A stretch of DNA of 38,382 nucleotides from a virus (taxonomy: Duplodnaviria > Caudoviricetes). The translations under genes and the position numbers were made by a program. The notes below the pieces were generated by a model that did no database searches, was not told the DNA's origin, and saw nothing but the letters and a program-made list of their open reading frames with translations. Positions 35,321 through 38,382 of this stretch are shown here, piece by piece. Where the stretch lies: the IMG/VR virus record IMGVR_UViG_3300011335_000282, positions 1 to 38,382 of that record. One strand, given 5' to 3'. Position 1 is the stretch's first letter; each line of letters starts with the position of its first letter.

Positions 35321-38068
35321 GTGATCCTTTGGGTTGATTTTGAAACCCGTAGCGCCTGCGACCTAAAAGTCGCGGGCGTTTACAACTACGCGCAGGACAT
35401 CAGCACCGAGGTGCTGTGTATGTCGTATACCTTTGACGATGAACCTGTACAGACATGGACACCATTTTGTACAGATGCCACCGGATGTGTACAGAAAAAC
35501 CCGTTTCCTGTACAGGTCGCCCAGTTCACCGGCCAGATCAGGGCGCATAACGCGGCCTTCGAGCGGCTGATCTTCTGGTACGTTCTACAGGTCGAGTTCA
35601 AACTAGAACAGTTCTACTGCACCGCCACGCAAGCGCGCGCTAACTGTGCGCCTGGCTCGCTGGAAGACGTTGGCCGGTTCTTTGGCGCGTCGATGCGGAA
35701 GGATCACCGAGGCGCGCATCTGGTGCGGCAATGCTGCATCCCGCCGTATAACCAAACCTTGCTACCAGAACTGTACGCCTACTGCGAACAGGACGTTCGG
35801 GCGATGCGCGCCATCAGCACCGGACTGCGCCAGTTGACCGCCGACGAACTGCTTGACTACCATGTGAACGAGCGCATCAACGACCGGGGCGTGCTGGTCG
35901 ATGTGCCGCTGGCCCGAGGCGCGGTGCAGTACGCCGCGCAAGAGGTCAAGGACATTGAGCAGATCGTCGTCGAGGTGACGGGCGGCGCTGTGCCGACTGT
36001 GCGATCGCCGAAAATGAGAGATTGGGTGTACGAACGTCTGGACGAAGAAGGCCAGAAGTTGATGTTGGTCGAGGGCAAGAAGTCCATCGACAAGACTGTG
36101 CGCGCCGCCCTGTTGAGCACCGAGCTTGACTCGGACGTGCGCGAGGTCATCCAATCAGCCGACGATCTCTGGGCGTCGTCGGTGGCGAAGTTTCAGCGCA
36201 TGGCTGATCTGGCCGACGTTGAAGACAGCCGCGTGCGCGGCGCGTTTGTCTTCGCTGGCGGCAGCGCCACCGGCAGGGCGTCGTCCTACGGACTGCAAGT
36301 CCACAACTTCGGGCGCAAGTGCCACAAAGACCCCGAGGCTGTACGCGCGGCCATCGTCGCTGGTCAGTCTGTCGTGCCTGAGTTCGGCGTTCGGACTACG
36401 GACGTTTTGAAGACCATGCTGCGGCCCGCCATGCGCGGGCCTTTTACTGTCGCGGATTGGTCGGCCATCGAGGCGCGGCTGACCCCGTGGCTGTCGGGCG
36501 ACGGCGAGGAAGTGCTGGACGTGTTCCGCGCGGGCGGCGACATCTACGTCAACGAGGCGATGAAGATGTTCGGGCGTGTAACGCCCGAGCTGCGCCAGAT
36601 CGGGAAGGTTGCCGTTCTCGCTTGTTTTGGCCCACAAACCCAAGTGTTTACAAACAACGGGCTTAAGGCTATAGTGGAGGTTCAATCAACAGACCTTCTT
36701 TGGGACGGGCGAGCATGGGTGACGCATCAGGGAGTGATTTCAAAGGGGTTTCGCCAGACTATCAACGTGTGCGGCGCGGAAGTAACGCCGGAGCATTTGA
36801 TAAGAACCCCGCAAACTTGGGTGCAGGCGAAGCAACTCGTTTCAAACAAACAATTGCTGACCCGAGCATTGGAAGTCGGTTCGGAGAACTTACCGTACTT
36901 GGCACCGAAATCCACAAGCAAGGCGCATGTCGGATGCGGCTTGTCCGCGTTCAATGTTCCTGCGGCGTTGGGCCGCATTTTGTCTACCTGTACAACCTTC
37001 TCAAAGGCGCGTCTACGCGGTGCCCCGCGTGTGCAAAAAAGGCAACGGGTTTTTACCGAAAAGATTATTTTAAGTACGCAGACGCTTGCCCAGATGACGA
37101 GCATCGTAGGCGGCTACTTAACCGCTTGTCGGCCTGCAAGAATCGGTGCCACAACCCAAAAGACAGCGGTTACGCGAATTACGGTGGGCGGGGCATCACG
37201 TTGTACGAACCTTGGCGCGTTGATAAGGCCGCGTTTCTTCGGTATGTGCTTACGTTGGATGGGTGGGATCAACCTCGCCTCGAATTGGATCGCATCAACG
37301 TGGACAAAGGGTACGAGCCAAACAATCTTCGGTTTATTACGCGCAAAGAAAACACGCAGAACAAGCGAAGCGTGCAAGAAATGCAGCGGCGGATCATCGA
37401 ACTTGAAGCCCGTATTCGACATCTTGAACAGCGGCCCAAGGAATCAATTCACGATCCTGACTGACGCTGGCGCGTTGATCGTACACAACTGCGGCTTTGG
37501 CGGTGGGCACAACGCTTTCGCGGCGATGGGCAGAGCCTACAACGTCAAGATGACCGAGGCCGAGGCGCGGCAGACGGTCGAGGCGTGGCGCAGGGCGAAC
37601 CCTTGGGCCGTGCGCTACTGGTCAGACCTTGAATGGGCCTACAACGCGGCGATGCGGAACCCCGGCGAACACATCAAAGTCGCCCGTGTGACCTACTGTT
37701 TTAACGGACAACACCTATGGTACGCGCTGCCTTCGGGGCGTATCCTCTGCTACCCGTTTGCCAAGATTGAGGAAGACGGCATCACCTACGCCAAGGCCGC
37801 ATGGAAGCCCGCCCAAGATGCAAAAGAGTGGCCCCGCGCGAGGTTATGGAAGGGTCTGGCCTGCGAGAACATCACGCAGGCGTGCGCCAACGACTTGCTG
37901 CGCCACGCGCTGCGCCAGATCGACAACGTGGTGCTGCACGTTCACGATGAAATTGTGGTCGAGGGCGACTGCCCCGACTTAGAACGGATTATGTGTACCC
38001 CGCCCGCGTGGGCGGCGGGTTTGCCTTTGAAGGCTGAAGTCAAAACAATGCAAAGGTATGGAAAATGA
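35321..38068 (+). CDS. polA: Family A DNA polymerase (APSE-like, with 3'-5' exonuclease) containing an intein; 915-aa precursor, 626 aa after splicing
   Basis: ExoI DFETRS, ExoII HNAAFER, TGR, motif A DWSAIEAR, motif B RQIGKVAVLA|CGFG split by the intein, motif C HVHDE. Confidence 0.95.
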   Translation: MILWVDFETRSACDLKVAGVYNYAQDISTEVLCMSYTFDDEPVQTWTPFCTDATGCVQKNPFPVQVAQFTGQIRAHNAAFERLIFWYVLQVEFKLEQFYCTATQARANCAPGSLEDVGRFFGASMRKDHRGAHLVRQCCIPPYNQTLLPELYAYCEQDVRAMRAISTGLRQLTADELLDYHVNERINDRGVLVDVPLARGAVQYAAQEVKDIEQIVVEVTGGAVPTVRSPKMRDWVYERLDEEGQKLMLVEGKKSIDKTVRAALLSTELDSDVREVIQSADDLWASSVAKFQRMADLADVEDSRVRGAFVFAGGSATGRASSYGLQVHNFGRKCHKDPEAVRAAIVAGQSVVPEFGVRTTDVLKTMLRPAMRGPFTVADWSAIEARLTPWLSGDGEEVLDVFRAGGDIYVNEAMKMFGRVTPELRQIGKVAVLACFGPQTQVFTNNGLKAIVEVQSTDLLWDGRAWVTHQGVISKGFRQTINVCGAEVTPEHLIRTPQTWVQAKQLVSNKQLLTRALEVGSENLPYLAPKSTSKAHVGCGLSAFNVPAALGRILSTCTTFSKARLRGAPRVQKRQRVFTEKIILSTQTLAQMTSIVGGYLTACRPARIGATTQKTAVTRITVGGASRCTNLGALIRPRFFGMCLRWMGGINLASNWIASTWTKGTSQTIFGLLRAKKTRRTSEACKKCSGGSSNLKPVFDILNSGPRNQFTILTDAGALIVHNCGFGGGHNAFAAMGRAYNVKMTEAEARQTVEAWRRANPWAVRYWSDLEWAYNAAMRNPGEHIKVARVTYCFNGQHLWYALPSGRILCYPFAKIEEDGITYAKAAWKPAQDAKEWPRARLWKGLACENITQACANDLLRHALRQIDNVVLHVHDEIVVEGDCPDLERIMCTPPAWAAGLPLKAEVKTMQRYGK
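36623..37489 (+). mobile_element. Intein, 289 aa (residues 435-723), inserted in Pol motif B
   Basis: Block A CFGPQTQV, block B VTPEH, block F VFDILNSGPRNQF, block G IVHN followed by +1 Cys; removal restores RQIGKVAVLACGFGGG. Confidence 0.93.
36700..37464 (+). CDS. HNH-type (His-Me finger) homing endonuclease overprinted in the -1 frame inside the intein; true start uncertain (TTG 36700, ATG 36715 or later)
   Basis: GSRFGELTV...CSCG...G....CPAC; NRCHNP....Y.NYGGRGI...W; LDRINVDKGYEPNNLRFITRKEN..NKR. Confidence 0.85.
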   Translation: MGRASMGDASGSDFKGVSPDYQRVRRGSNAGAFDKNPANLGAGEATRFKQTIADPSIGSRFGELTVLGTEIHKQGACRMRLVRVQCSCGVGPHFVYLYNLLKGASTRCPACAKKATGFYRKDYFKYADACPDDEHRRRLLNRLSACKNRCHNPKDSGYANYGGRGITLYEPWRVDKAAFLRYVLTLDGWDQPRLELDRINVDKGYEPNNLRFITRKENTQNKRSVQEMQRRIIELEARIRHLEQRPKESIHDPD

Positions 38069-38382
38069 TTGACTACCTGAGTTCCCTCGCCACGCTGGGC
38101 GAGACTTTCCTGATCGTAAAGCAGAAACCCAAGGGTGAGGGTTTTACCTACCCGGCTTTCCTGCCCAAGAAGTACGCACCTGGCGGCGCGTGGTACGGCA
38201 ACACCGGATCGTTCATCATCGACCGCTTCCGCGATGGTCATGTGTCGGCCAGCAGCGCGAACATCGAACACGTTTTGGTCATGGTGCTGGACGACATCGG
38301 AACCAAGAGCCGCGCGCCTACGCTGCCCCCGACTTGGATCATGGAGACAAGCGAGGGTAACTACCAATGGGGCTACACGTTC
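38065..38382 (+). CDS. Primase-helicase 5' part, continuing across the junction into 1..2032
   Basis: ATGA overlap with the polA stop; MIDYLSSLAT...WYGNTGSF..DRF...HVLVMVLDDIGTK reads in frame into ORF 20..2032. Confidence 0.85.
   Translation, partial: MIDYLSSLATLGETFLIVKQKPKGEGFTYPAFLPKKYAPGGAWYGNTGSFIIDRFRDGHVSASSANIEHVLVMVLDDIGTKSRAPTLPPTWIMETSEGNYQWGYTF
38256..38382. repeat. Terminal direct repeat, right copy
   Basis: Identical to 1-127. Confidence 0.95.

Noticed and set aside
36623-37489. Group I intron or frameshifted pseudogene explanation for the polA insertion
   Set aside because: The polymerase frame is continuous, all intein splicing blocks are present, and in-frame removal restores motif B exactly
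38256-38382. 127-bp terminal repeat as a biological direct terminal repeat
   Set aside because: It falls inside the primase gene and matches a typical assembler k-mer length, so it is best read as a circular-assembly overlap
1-38382. tRNA genes, integrase, att site
   Set aside because: None recognisable by eye; intergenic space is minimal. tRNAscan-SE and HMM searches would be needed to exclude them formally

Overview
The window is an apparently complete, circularly assembled dsDNA tailed-phage genome. Bases 38256-38382 repeat bases 1-127, so the unit length is about 38,255 bp. The head, tail and ejection module is P22/podovirus-like: TerS, TerL, P22-type portal, scaffold, P22-type coat, gp4/gp10/gp26-like tail proteins, two beta-helix tailspikes and three ejection proteins. 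There is a GH108 lysis cassette and an APSE-like replication module (SNF2 helicase, VRR-NUC, DUF2800 Cas4-like nuclease, SSB, family A DNA polymerase, primase-helicase spanning the contig junction). I see no integrase or obvious repressor. The host is probably Gram-negative (inference from GH108, a lipobox protein and P22-like genes). The standout feature is a 289-aa intein in the O-helix (motif B) of the DNA polymerase that has no recognisable in-frame endonuclease. Instead, an HNH-type (His-Me finger) homing endonuclease ORF is overprinted in the -1 frame entirely inside the intein, with both frames open for 765 nt. Other notable items: a 7.6-kb block between portal and scaffold carrying a glycosyltransferase, a methyltransferase, a ferritin-like protein and Ser/Thr-rich virion proteins; an iteron-, IHF- and G-tract-rich control region upstream of terS; four phased TGTACAG sites inside polA; and a lipobox ORF overlapping both the endolysin and an antisense zinc-ribbon gene. 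All family assignments come from motifs recognised by eye, not from database searches.
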